Both the position numbers and the translations under genes were made by a program. A stretch of 64,000 bases of DNA from Octopus bimaculoides (taxonomy: Eukaryota). The notes beneath the pieces are model-generated. The model was not told where the DNA came from, did not search any database, and saw only the letters and a program-made list of their open reading frames with translations. Position 1 is the first letter of the stretch; the number at the start of each line of letters is the position of its first letter. Positions 24,341-36,969 of this stretch are shown piece after piece. The DNA lies in NCBI RefSeq assembly GCF_001194135.2, contig NC_068995.1:12082759-12146758 (forward strand). Reading direction: 5' to 3'.

Positions 24341-24929
24341 CGACGACGATGATGATGATGATGACGACGATGATGATGACGATGATGATGATGTTGATGA
24401 TGATGACGATGATGATGATGATGATGATGATGATAGCGATAATCAATATCATTATCATAAAAGGAAAGTGTTATATTCTAACGACAGCTTTATATGTAAA
24501 TTTGGTGAATATGTCAAGACGAGAGATAGTGAAAAGGAGAAAGAATCAGAAAGAGAGAGAGAGTGAAAAAGACAGAGAAACAGAGAGAGAGAGAGAGAGA
24601 GAGAAAGAAAGAGGACGATGTGTAAGAGAAAGAGAGAAGATGAAGAAACGAGAGAGATCGTCAGGGAAGAAGGGAAGTGAGATATGGGGAGGGAAGGGGG
24701 GTGTGAAAATGTGTTGGACACAGATGGAAAGATAAGGAGAGCAGCCTATAAATACATTACAAAATTTAGTCGAGTCTCTGAGTACTAAATCATCATCACC
24801 ATTATCATCACCATCAGCGCCATCATCATCATCATCATCATCATCTTCATCATCATCATCATCGTCATCAACATCGTCGTCATCATCATCATCGTCGTCG
24901 TCATCATCATCGTCGTCCTCATCATCATC

Positions 24930-24969
<40 letters not shown>

Positions 24970-25360
24970 ACATCATCATCATCAACATCATCATCATCAT
25001 CATCCCCCCCAGCATCCCAACACTACCACTGCCACTACCGTCACCTCAACCATCACGACCATCTTCATCGTCATCTTCATCCGGATCATTTCTCACGTGA
25101 TCATCACCATCATCATCGACATCACCACAGCCACCAACAAACACCACCACCATCAAACGGTTTGCCTCACTATTACCACCCCCATTCCTCTCCCCTCCTC
25201 CTCTCGCCTCCTCATCACCCCTATCTTCCTATCCCCCTCCTCCCCCTCTCTCCCTCCTCAACTCCCCTCTCCCTCCTCCTCTCCCTCCTGCTCTCCCCCT
25301 CCTCCTCTCCCCCTCCTCTTCTTTCTCATCGTCATCATCTTCGTCGTCGTCATAACCTCT
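24000..25360. repeat. (GAT)n, (GA)n, inverted (CAT)n and C-rich low-complexity block
   Basis: Direct inspection. Confidence 0.95.
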
Positions 25361-25520
25361 TTCAATTCTTGCTCCATCTGCACATACCAAGTATAATATT
25401 TCGTATTCTAGGCACAAGGCCCGACGTTTTAGTCTTATTAAAATACATCTCTACTAAATATAGATATTAAGTCAGAATACTTGTAAAACTTAGTAACGAT
25501 TTAAAAGTAACTGGACACAC

Positions 25521-25607
25521 GTGTTCAACGATAAGTTTAATGGGGCATCTATTCTGTGATAATGCTTCGATTCCTAAATTCTTAAGCACTACGTGTCTTG
25601 CTTTTAT
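25521..25607 (-). CDS. Candidate exon (IKARHVVLKNLGIEALSQNRCPIKLIVEH)
   Basis: Acceptor cgtttgcag|, donor CAC|gtgtgt; 87 nt, phase 0->0, other frames closed. Confidence 0.3.
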
Positions 25608-26163
25608 CTGCAAACGTACGCGATATCTTGGGAGATATCTACTATGATGTTGTATGTTGTCTTTCATTAAAAATTTTGAGACATCAGAAGTAGAATGATC
25701 TTGTATTTACTTTTTTAGCTTTTTAAAGTCGTTGTTGTTGATGCTTAATTCCTGATCAGCCCCGATTCAGCAGACTTTTAGATAAAATCTTTGTAAGCTG
25801 TGACAATCCAATATTATTTTAAGATATAGTGTTTACTCAACTACAATATTCTGGACACACAGACGTCTTCTTCCATATCTTAAACGCTAGAGTGTAATTT
25901 GAGAAAGATTTGGCTGTTCTATTTTGCAGATCGAGCAACCAAATAAATGCTTCTTGTTTGACTCAAATAATCTGTAAACGTAGAACTAGAGTCGTTGCCT
26001 CATATTACATTTGAACTAGTTCATATGGTAGCTGCTATACGCACAAATATATGTTAAGCTGGTTACAAATTCTGATTGCAGTATCACGCTTATTTTTCCC
26101 ATTTTGAATAGTAAGCAAACAATTCATTATGAAATACCACTCTTACATTCCCTTCCTTTCTTC

Positions 26164-26243
<80 letters not shown>

Positions 26244-27214
26244 TTCTCTCTTCTTAAAATGACATTTGTCCAACACATCGTTGCCTTTAGGGACTTCTTG
26301 TATGATGGATTTTTGCTTTTTTATTTATTTACGTATATATATATATATATATATAGATATATATATATATATATATATATATCTTTTACAGTTTTTGTTT
26401 TTCGCCTTGTATCTGGCTACTTATGTTTCTGCTTTTCTCTTTGTAGTCCAAAGCCCATTGTTTATTCGCTTATTTCTTCTTTTGTTGCCACAGTGTAGTA
26501 TTTCAGACTTTTCTCGTGGGGTTCGGCATTTATCCAGCCAACGCTAAATCTAAATCACTGCTTTAGTGGGCGTTCAATAACATTAATGTTGTTTGATTTA
26601 CAGTCTAGCCCATCAAATGTACAGTATATGTCATTAAATTCATGATATGCGCCATTGGTTCTTAAAGAGATTATATTTTTTAGTCAGTTATCAGAACTGT
26701 GTTATATGTGAACAATCAAAACACTTCTCGTTATCACAACCATCCAATACATTTCAGATTGTAGGTTCGATTCGAACACTCAGAAATCAAGGAACGGTAT
26801 TTTTTATATATGGGCCATACAGTAGGCTATGATATTTATATATATAAAGAAAACAACATAAATTATTATAATAAAATCTAGATGATTCGAAGGTGATTAC
26901 ATGCAAGTATCATCTCGAAATAAAGCGTAATCAGTAACTTGGTTGATCATATAATAGTTATTTCTAACCCTTATTTGTTTGTGTTGTAAACTAGACGTAT
27001 AGTTAAAATACTCACTTCACAATGATATAATTAGGAGTTCGAGCGTACGATGCAGCACCGTCTGCAAGTGACATTTAATATACTTTTGAGCATGTACATT
27101 TTATCTGTATTAGTTGAGTTGTTAAAATTCCTGTGAAATTTTATCGGATAATCTCTATTATATCTGTTAGGTTGGTAGATTTAATCAATCTATTGCATGT
27201 TTTAACACAGAAAC

Positions 27215-27357
27215 CTGGCACTTGTTGGTTGTCCTCGAGACAAAACTACTGCATTGCAAGCATCCACGTTTGGTCTCGAGTGTAAAGAGAACTCCTTCTC
27301 TCCCTCTCCCACTATTCTCAAAGACCCTAAAATGTCATGAGCACCGCTGACTCCCAG
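27215..27357 (-). CDS. Candidate exon (LGVSGAHDILGSLRIVGEGEKEFSLHSRPNVDACNAVVLSRGQPTSA)
   Basis: Pyrimidine-rich acceptor ...cttctccaaaag|; single open frame, phase 0 as required by the 30.6-kb exon; donor uncertain (gtttct or the earlier gtagtt). Confidence 0.45.
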
Positions 27358-29676
27358 CTTTTGGAGAAGCCAGTAAAATAAGTTAAGAGGAGAGAAAAAG
27401 AAAGTAAAAGAAAGAAAAGGCACGATTCTTTGGAGGCCTAAGCNNNNNNNNNNNNNNNNNNNNNNNNNNNNNNNNNNNNNNNNNNNNNNNNNNNNNNNNN
27501 NNNNNNNNNNNNNNNNNNNNNNNNNNNNNNNNNNNNNNNNNNNNNNNNNNNNNNNNNNNNNNNNNNNNNNNNNNNNNNNNNNNNNNNNNNNNNNNNNNNN
27601 NNNNNNNNNNNNNNNNNNNNNNNNNNNNNNNNNNNNNNNNNNNNNNNNNNNNNNNNNNNNNNNNNNNNNNNNNNNNNNNNNNNNNNNNNNNNNNNNNNNN
27701 NNNNNNNNNNNNNNNNNNNNNNNNNNNNNNNNNNNNNNNNNNNNNNNNNNNNNNNNNNNNNNNNNNNNNNNNNNNNNNNNNNNNNNNNNNNNNNNNNNNN
27801 NNNNNNNNNNNNNNNNNNNNNNNNNNNNNNNNNNNNNNNNNNNNNNNNNNNNNNNNNNNNNNNNNNNNNNNNNNNNNNNNNNNNNNNNNNNNNNNNNNNN
27901 NNNNNNNNNNNNNNNNNNNNNNNNNNNNNNNNNNNNNNNNNNNNNNNNNNNNNNNNNNNNNNNNNNNNNNNNNNNNNNNNNNNNNNNNNNNNNNNNNNNN
28001 NNNNNNNNNNNNNNNNNNNNNNNNNNNNNNNNNNNNNNNNNNNNNNNNNNNNNNNNNNNNNNNNNNNNNNNNNNNNNNNNNNNNCCTCCTGAAATTTCAA
28101 AAATAGAAATAATTTGATAAATCCCATTTCGGGATCATCTCAATTGAAATTAATTTGAAACTGATTTAGGATTAATATACAATTCATTTCCAATGTGCAA
28201 TATAAAACAAAACAAATAATAATGTTTTGTGTTTCAGCTACCATATTTTTAAAGTTTTGTTGCTACCATTAACAGAAATTGAAACGCTATATTACAATCC
28301 TATTGAATATAAATATCAGATAGAACTGCCTGAAGCAAATAGTTTATTAGAACAGATAAACGCTGTGTGTTATTTTACGTCTATATTTTTAGCAACGAAA
28401 AATTCATCCTGTTTTATCTAATGGCTGCATTGTTTAAAATGACAGCTTGCAGAAGAAGGGAACTGCCTTAAAATTGATTATCCTTTACTTTTGAGATTTC
28501 AAATATGCTTCTTCAACGGAAAAATAACAAAGAAAAGGAATTTCCTAGCGTAAAACTTGAGGACTTTTAGTGTCACCAAATAAAACAATTTGAGATCAGA
28601 ATCTCTAGAGACATACATGACGAAATGTATACAGTTTTGAAATAGTTTTGAAAAAGATATAGATTTCACATTCAGTTGTAAAAGACGTTTTTGTTTCTTT
28701 TAGCTTTCAGCGTTAATACTGCAATTTTATTAAGCGCACGGGGATTGAGAAAGAAGGGAAAAAACGGATTCGAGATGTTTTGTGGAAAATTCCCAATTCT
28801 AAAGCAGAATTGAATTTATTTCTGGTGTCAGAACGATCCTTCACAAAGTATTTAAGCCGAAATCAAATATAATATAAACTCGAATTGAGAAGGCATACAG
28901 CTGTAAGAAGATATATCTCTATATTATAGTCGAAGATGAGGGAATTAACAGAATATTCGAACGAAAGTCAAGCGAAAGTAGCCGATAAGCAAGCGAAGAT
29001 ATTTTTATAACAATGAAGCTTTTAGTCATTGCTTAATCTTTAACGTTATTCACTTAAAAATATAAGACATATAAAGCTAGTTATTGAATGAGGATTGAAT
29101 AATAAAAGGAATGGCATAAGGAATTCTATAAGTATTTCACTTTAGACATTTGCCTTCTTATTTACTTCAATTGATTTCTTTTTAAATGGCTCATATTTAC
29201 AACGCTATGAATTGTTCTTGCTTCTTTCGTTCTCGATAAGCAAGCAGAGTAAGTATAGATTCATATATCCCTGTATGAGTTTAGTGTCATTTCTATGAGA
29301 AATAACGTCAAAATAATTCTCCTGTATATTGATTTATTTTGATGAGGTACGAAGATAAATTTTGCAAGGCATTTTGAATATTCGATCGAACTGAATCTGC
29401 ATTATAGTAAAAGGTGGGATAGAGAAGTTGTCTTAGATGATAATTGAACTTAAAATACGTAAGATATATTTTTCTATCTAAAAACAATCATTAATTTTGA
29501 GTGACATTAGAATATATTATTTAAAATGTAGAGGCCTCCTCTTTCGTGCTATGCTAGATCTTATGGCAACGTGTTATGATGTATATTACACGGAGTAGCG
29601 TTGTAGTATAAATTTACAGTCTTGGTTGTTTGAATCCAAATTTGGTTTGATACCAAATAAAAAATCATTTCACATA

Positions 29677-29841
29677 GGCGCAGGCGTGGCCCTGTGGAAA
29701 GAAGCTTGCTTCCCAACCATATGATCCCGTGTTCAGTCCCACTGCGTGGCAACTTGGTCAATTGTCTTTTACTATAGCCTCAGGCCGACCAAAGATTGTG
29801 AGTAGATCTGGTAGAGGGAAACTGAAAGATGCCCGTCGTAT
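29677..29841 (+). mobile_element. CORE-SINE (octopus OR/OK-like) ending in (TA/CA)n
   Basis: ggcgcaggcgtggc...gttcagtcccactgcgtggcaacttgg...gtcttttactatagcctc...gaaactgaaagatgcccgtcgtata. Confidence 0.85.
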
Positions 29842-29881
<40 letters not shown>

Positions 29882-30566
29882 TGTGTTTTGTTTAAAACAC
29901 CTGGAATATCTTATCGCGATTGAAAAAAACAGCAAAACAACTATAAACTAGTCGGAGAAAACGGGTCCCTCTGACTGACATTTGATTAGATTATGCAAAT
30001 TAACAAGACCATAATGTATTATATTCATTTGTATAAGTCTCTACCCTTCGCTAGTGGAAATAAAATTGGACAATTGTCTTGTCCATGAGGTTTTTGAGGC
30101 AGAAACGCGTGTTTCTATGACAGTAGCCACTGCCCATCTCCAGAGCATAAGCTTATTCTCTTACTTAATATCATGTTAGCGTTGGTGATCTGGTGTTAAT
30201 GCCATTGGGTAATCATGATACATTATCTGTAGACGGAAATAATTTTAATAAATCAAGAATTTATACTTTATGGCATTTGATACACCTGTATTTCTATGTT
30301 AGTTTCAGAGCCTATATAAGCTACGCACGAACTAGTGAGATTGAAGTCTCTGATGCTAAACTTGATCATTTGAATTTTAATTCCTACAAGAGGAAAAAGC
30401 AAATAGGGTGAGGGGTGGGGAAGTGTTCTGGCTCAAATACATGAGACATTGTTAATTCCGCTACATTCGCCCAAAGGACAGAAGACGGTGAGAGTTTTCT
30501 TTTTTTTTGTGAATGATTCAGTGATTTGTAAGAATGTACAGCAACAATTATCGTAAATCCACCTAC

Positions 30567-30775
30567 CTTATGTACGTAATCGTACCATAACAACAAGGAT
30601 ATTATCAAATGTGTCTGGCTAAATTTTCCATAAAAATCTGAAACGAACCGATCTATAAAGCGACTGACCAACAGATTTTCTTCTTTCAAGCATCCCTGTG
30701 TAGAATGCTTGAAAGGTGCAAGATCGTGTGACTTATTAAGGTCATATATTTCTGCATAGCGATGCGCATTAGTCT
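30567..30775 (-). CDS. Candidate exon (ETNAHRYAEIYDLNKSHDLAPFKHSTQGCLKEENLLVSRFIDRFVSDFYGKFSQTHLIISLLLWYDYVHK)
   Basis: Lies within the 134-aa non-repetitive ORF 30384-30788; acceptor ctacttag|, strong donor AAG|gtaggt; frame stays open ~60 codons further, so the 3' boundary is uncertain. Confidence 0.5.
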
Positions 30776-32999
30776 CTAAGTAGAGCATAACTTCTCTTTA
30801 ATTTTTTAATAACCTTTGAGTTAATCAATCCTTTACAAAAGCCATTTTGGAGAGATTTTGTTATAATCTTTCACACTTTCTTATTTCACATCATTTTAAA
30901 ATTATTCAACTCTATTTAATTTCACAATTTCTCAATTATTCCTCTCATCCATGCAATTTTCAAATAGCTGTGATATTTTTTTTCCATCATAGTACCGAAC
31001 CGTTTACTCTACTAAAAGCATCGAAAAACTAATTTGAATGCATTTTACTGTAGATAGTTATTTCACGTTGAGTAAACCAAGAAATTACTCAACATTTTGT
31101 CGATTAAATTATTCTTTTTACTTTACCAAAATTATTTCAACTGAAATTCTGGAGAGAAAAATAATATTAAAAAATAAATAAGTATATCTGCCTTAAATGT
31201 ATACTTTAACTAATTTTGATACAAAGTTCACATATATGGTGAAACATTATACTAGGGAAAAAGTCTAAGCTACAGCGTAACTGGTTGTTAATTTTGGAAA
31301 ATTAGACCTCAGAATAATTTTAATTATAAAAGAAAGGAAGGGGACGTAACTATAAAAAGCAGATCATTTTATTGAGTCACTCGCCCTTTTCTTCAACCAC
31401 AATATCCCCCATCACCACCACAACCAGATAGTAAAAAAAAAGAGTATAAATAAATATATAAAATAAAATAATGAGAATATTAATCATGTTCTATAGATGA
31501 AATTCCAATATTTTTATACTGTCTACTTTGGGTTTAGACTGTTTTGTAGATTTATTTCTTAAGCTCACTGCGAAGAAATGTTGAAGTAAAAATTAAAAGA
31601 AGTGATGAGAAAATCGAATTCAATATTTTTTTATAAATTTGCTAAGAATTATATCAGAATCACTTCTCGCTTGTTATAAACCAATTATAACGATACGCCT
31701 CACTTGGCATAAAAGATAAGGTGAAGTTCGAGTCATGCGTGTTACACGCAAACGTAGAAGATTTTGTACGAACATATACAAATAAAAACTCACAGAATTG
31801 AATACATTTACGTACATACTCACATATAATACACCAATACATGCATATGTATGTATAAATTGTAATTTAGTCTTCGTGAATATATCTTTACGAATGTATA
31901 CGTATCCACAGTAATATACAAATTCATGCATATGTGTTTAAATATAAACATGCGTACAGATATCTATATATATGTGTATATATGAGTATTTAGGTATGTA
32001 TGTATGTATATATATATATATNNNNNNNNNNNNNNNNNNNNNNNNNNNNNNNNNNNNNNNNNNNNNNNNNNNNNNNNNNNNNNNNNNNNNNNNNNNNNNN
32101 NNNNNNNNNNNNNNNNNNNNNNNNNNNNNNNNNNNNNNNNNNNNNNNNNNNNNNNNNNNNNNNNNNNNNNNNNNNNNNNNNNNNNNNNNNNNNNNNNNNN
32201 NNNNNNNNNNNNNNNNNNNNNNNNNNNNNNNNNNNNNNNNNNNNNNNNNNNNNNNNNNNNNNNNNNNNNNNNNNNNNNNNNNNNNNNNNNNNNNNNNNNN
32301 NNNNNNNNNNNNNNNNNNNNNNNNNNNNNNNNNNNNNNNNNNNNNNNNNNNNNNNNNNNNNNNNNNNNNNNNNNNNNNNNNNNNNNNNNNNNNNNNNNNN
32401 NNNNNNNNNNNNNNNNNNNNNNNNNNNNNNNNNNNNNNNNNNNNNNNNNNNNNNNNNNNNNNNNNNNNNNNNNNNNNNNNNNNNNNNNNNNNNNNNNNNN
32501 NNNNNNNNNNNNNNNNNNNNNNNNNNNNNNNNNNNNNNNNNNNNNNNNNNNNNNNNNNNNNNNNNNNNNNNNNNNNNNNNNNNNNNNNNNNNNNNNNNNN
32601 NNNNNNNNNNNNNNNNNNNNNNNNNNNNNNNNNNNNNNNNNNNNNNNNNNNNNNNNNNNNNNNNNNNNNNNNNNNNNNNNNNNNNNNNNNNNNNNNNNNN
32701 NNNNNNNNNNNNNNNNNNNNNNNNNNNNNNNNNNNNNNNNNNNNNNNNNNNNNNNNNNNNNNNNNNNNNNNNNNNNNNNNNNNNNNNNNNNNNNNNNNNN
32801 NNNNNNNNNNNNNNNNNNNNNNNNNNNNTATATATATATACATGCGTTTCCATATTGTACCATATTTATATATATACACACACACATAAAGAAAGTGAGA
32901 GAAACAGACAGAAACAGAAAGATAAAGTAGATATTTATAGGTACATATACATGTGTGTGTATGTAAAAAACATATGCATATGAATAAATATATATTATA

Positions 33000-33030
33000 G
33001 ATAGATAGATAATAATAATAGATAGATAGC

Positions 33031-33091
<61 letters not shown>

Positions 33092-33135
33092 TGATAGAGA
33101 GATAAATAGATAGATAGATAGATAGATAGATAGAA
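33000..33135. repeat. (GATA)n microsatellite (others at 4225, 5795, 34520, 46660, 52135)
   Basis: Direct inspection. Confidence 0.95.
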
Positions 33136-33277
33136 AGATATACATATACATACATGCATACTCGCTCAAAAATAGTACTTACACATTTACATATATCACA
33201 ATTTACCATTGTCATAGTCCTACACAGCACATATGCATCATATCTCGTTAATTCTCAAGTTCTTTCCATTTAATTAC

Positions 33278-33430
33278 TTCCATTGAATGCAAGAGACAAA
33301 ACTGAAAACTTTATCATATTCCAAGATGTTCGTCCCGATCGTATGTGATCTTGGAGGCTTTCCCAGGGATATTGTTGAAGGATTGGCAAAAGTGAAGCAA
33401 AGAGACCTCACAATCTCTTCTGTTGTATTG
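33278..33430 (-). CDS. Candidate exon (NTTEEIVRSLCFTFANPSTISLGKPPRSHTIGTNILEYDKVFSFVSCIQW)
   Basis: Acceptor ttgatttgccccctaag|, donor AA|gtaatt; 153 nt open. A plus-strand ORF overlaps, so ambiguous. Confidence 0.35.
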
Positions 33431-33588
33431 CTTAGGGGGCAAATCAATAAGCATAAAGAAAACGCAAAGGAAATCCAGCAAAATAGTGACGCAAGTCACT
33501 CATCCAAACGCGTATAACTCCATCGAATAGCAAACCTATATGCATGCATTAATAAATACACACACAGACACAGAGAAACACCCCCACA

Positions 33589-33630
<42 letters not shown>

Positions 33631-34408
33631 NNNNNNNNNNNNNNNNNNNNNNNNNNNNNNNNNNNNNNNNNNNNNNNNNNNNNNNNNNNNNNNNNNNNNN
33701 NNNNNNNNNNNNNNNNNNNNNNNNNNNNNNNNNNNNNNNNNNNNNNNNNNNNNNNNNNNNNNNNNNNNNNNNNNNNNNNNNNNNNNNNNNNNNNNNNNNN
33801 NNNNNNNNNNNNNNNNNNNNNNNNNNNNNNNNNNNNNNNNNNNNNNNNNNNNNNNNNNNNNNNNNNNNNNNNNNNNNNNNNNNNNNNNNNNNNNNNNNNN
33901 NNNNNNNNNNNNNNNNNNNNNNNNNNNNNNNNNNNNNNNNNNNNNNNNNNNNNNNNNNNNNNNNNNNNNNNNNNNNNNNNNNNNNNNNNNNNNNNNNNNN
34001 NNNNNNNNNNNNNNNNNNNNNNNNNNNNNNNNNNNNNNNNNNNNNNNNNNNNNNNNNNNNNNNNNNNNNNNNNNNNNNNNNNNNNNNNNNNNNNNNNNNN
34101 NNNNNNNNNNNNNNNNNNNNNNNNNNNNNNNNNNNNNNNNNNNNNNNNNNNNNNNNNNNNNNNNNNNNNNNNNNNNNNNNNNNNNNNNNNNNNNNNNNNN
34201 NNNNNNNNNNNNNNNNNNNNNNNNNNNNNNNNNNNNNNNNNNNNNNNNNNNNNNNNNNNNNNNNNNNNNNNNNNNNNNNNNNNNNNNNNNNNNNNNNNNN
34301 NNNNNNNNNNNNNNNNNNNNNNNNNNNNNNNNNNNNNNNNNNNNNNNNNNNNNNNNNNNNNNNNNNNNNNNNNNNNNNNNNNNNNNTATATATATATATA
34401 TATATATG

Positions 34409-34450
<42 letters not shown>

Positions 34451-34521
34451 CATACATATATAGAGAGAGAGTGAGAGAGAGACACACACATACAGATGGA
34501 GATAGAGGCAGAGATAGACAC

Positions 34522-34565
<44 letters not shown>

Positions 34566-34636
34566 TGAGAGAGAGAGAGGTAGATATGCATAGACATACA
34601 ATGATATAGGTACATATATCCTGCACATATAAAAAA

Positions 34637-34875
34637 CTGGCACTCCGCTGTTTGTGACGAGCAGGGATCCAGTTGATTCAATTGGCGGAACAGCCTACTC
34701 GTGAAATTAAAATAGAAGTGTCTGAGTACACTAGGCAGACGTATTTTTAACGTACGGGACGTTCTCATGGATATTTAGCGGGACACGCAATGTTTCGTGT
34801 TCAAGGATAAAACGCACGGCCGTGAATCGAACTGACGTCCTTACCATTGTGAGGCGAATACACTAGCCACTAATC
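34637..34875 (-). mobile_element. SINE with family-B-type tail, degenerate
   Basis: tggcactccg...gatccagttgattc...ggaacagcctactcgtgaaattaa; head remnant gaatcgaac. Confidence 0.75.
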
Positions 34876-35178
34876 CAGGCGCCTTCGCTCTATGCATACA
34901 TACATACATACATACATACGTACATACATATATACATGACTGTGTGGTAAGTATAAACTATATCCTTATGGGTGTCTCTGTTACCGCACATGTTAATTTG
35001 TAATGTCTCAGTTCAAGCTTCGCTATAAACACACATATACGTACATATATAGATACATACATACATACTTACGTACATATATACATACGTATACATTTAA
35101 GTCTGTAGGTATGTCTGTGTATGTGCGCGTGGGTCAGTGTGTATCCACAGATATACATATATGCATATATTCATATAC

Positions 35179-35215
<37 letters not shown>

Positions 35216-35225
35216 NNNNNNNNNN

Positions 35226-35430
35226 GTCGAACGCCGACGAAGGGAAATAACCCTGAAATCCGGATACGTTCGTGCTGCTGGTCGTGGTGAGAGGGATAAC
35301 TCCCTTGGCAAACAGGACACAGTCGTGTGTCGATAAGCCAGCTGGAGGAGATGTCCTCCTGGGGCTAAAAGCAACAGTAACATCCACCCCTAGGGGTCAG
35401 CCACACTTAAGTGGCAATATACTACACTAT
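35226..35430 (+). mobile_element. Small, highly structured hammerhead-bearing element (retrozyme-like or Penelope-derived)
   Basis: GC-rich island between (TA)n tracts: hammerhead followed by five hairpins or palindromes, no credible ORF. Confidence 0.5.
35228..35272 (+). ncRNA. Type I hammerhead ribozyme (U4C core variant)
   Basis: Stem I cgaacg/cgttcg; core CCGACGA; stem II aggg-aaataa-ccct; GAAA; palindromic stem III tccgga; UA cleavage site at 35265-35266. Confidence 0.75.
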
Positions 35431-35639
35431 ATATATATATATATACATATATACATATATATATATACATACTTACATATATGCAAACACACACACATAC
35501 ACGCTCACGAACATACATATATGCACCAAAACATTAAACGCTCTTCGTAATATAATAGAATAAATATTTGATCAATGTCGTTGAAACCGTAATGAGGAGG
35601 ATTAAGAGGATACAGATGACGTACGTGATAATTTTGATG

Positions 35640-35643
35640 AAGT

Positions 35644-35676
<33 letters not shown>

Positions 35677-35830
35677 CGATGATGATGATGATGATGACGA
35701 TGATGATGATGATGATGATTTCGACGACTGTGATGATGATGACGAGGTGGAGGAGAAGGAGGGGAGGAGGGGATGAGAAAGAACGGGAGGAGAAGGAGGG
35801 GGAGGAGCGGAGGAGGGGAGGAGAAGAAGG

Positions 35831-35867
<37 letters not shown>

Positions 35868-36135
35868 AATCATGATGCTAAGGAATATGATGATCCTGAT
35901 GATGATGGTAGTTGTGCTGTTCTTATGACGGTGGTGTTGCCTGAGATTATGACGATGGTGGTAGTTTGTGGTGGCGGTAGTGGTCTTCGTGGTGGCGGTG
36001 GTTCTCATCGTCGTCGTCGTTGTGGTTAAATTTCCCTTGTGGCAGCTTCTAAGCAAACAACCAACCTGCCAGCCAGACGCCCGTCCGCCCATCCATCCAC
36101 CCACCCATCCATCCATCCAGCCAGCCAGCCAGCCA
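35640..36135. repeat. (GAT)n / (GGA)n / (CCAT)n low-complexity block
   Basis: Direct inspection. Confidence 0.95.
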
Positions 36136-36969
36136 CAGCAAAAAAATATACTCTCGACCTTGCACATAACAATAAAGCGAATCTAAACACATCACAACTG
36201 ATTAATCACAGTTCACAGGGAAGACAATCTATCAGAAACAGGAAAGGAAATAAAAGATGAAATATCGATAAGAAAATCAATAAATATGGATCAACAAGAT
36301 ACACCTCCCCAGGCTACGAATAAACAAATATCTTGTGGAAATAATAACTAGATTTCAAGCAAAGGCCTCCAAGAAATTCCTTTCCACAGAAACAAATCCG
36401 AACATCAATAGAATTAATGACCTAATTTATTCAGTATCCAGGTTAGTTATTGAAGGATATTGGATTCGATCCTAAAATTCGATCATTAGTCAAGCATAAA
36501 AATATGAAACAGTGGGAAGGAATATGTATTATACAGAATATGGAAGAACCTTTCGTTATTCAGTGAAATAGAAAGTGAGGTATATGAGATGAAGAAGAAA
36601 CGAACTAAGCAACCGATCAACCAACTAAATATTTACAAATTTTCATATTCATAAAGAAAATTACAATACAAAATAAAGGCCAACACTAGTTGTGTAGAAC
36701 AGCTATCTCATTTTCATTTTCCCCAAAGTTAAGCTGCATAAAATGTATGGAATATGTGAGCACTTATTTCATGAATTATTTAAGATAAATACTTGAAAAT
36801 TTTGTTGAAAATAATAGATTTCAACATATGTATGACTGACACAGTAATATCAATAAAAGTCCGAATATATATTTAAAATATATAGCAGGAAAAACATACA
36901 GCACCAATCAGAGATCGGAATGGGTGAAACAGTTCATGAAAGAAAGAGAAAAAAATAGTGTTGAGTATG

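Noticed and set aside
24298-25470. Poly-Met, poly-His and poly-Pro ORFs (also 35505-36167 and 57182-58121)
   Set aside because: Trinucleotide microsatellites
33287-33517. Plus-strand ORF with FVPIVCDLGG resembling an RLE endonuclease motif
   Set aside because: No other RLE motifs; the minus-strand exon reading has better splice signals; unresolved
31938-34768. Long 300-410 aa ORFs in the track (also 27438-28127 and 47416-48371)
   Set aside because: Runs of N plus (TA)n/(GATA)n; artefacts of assembly gaps
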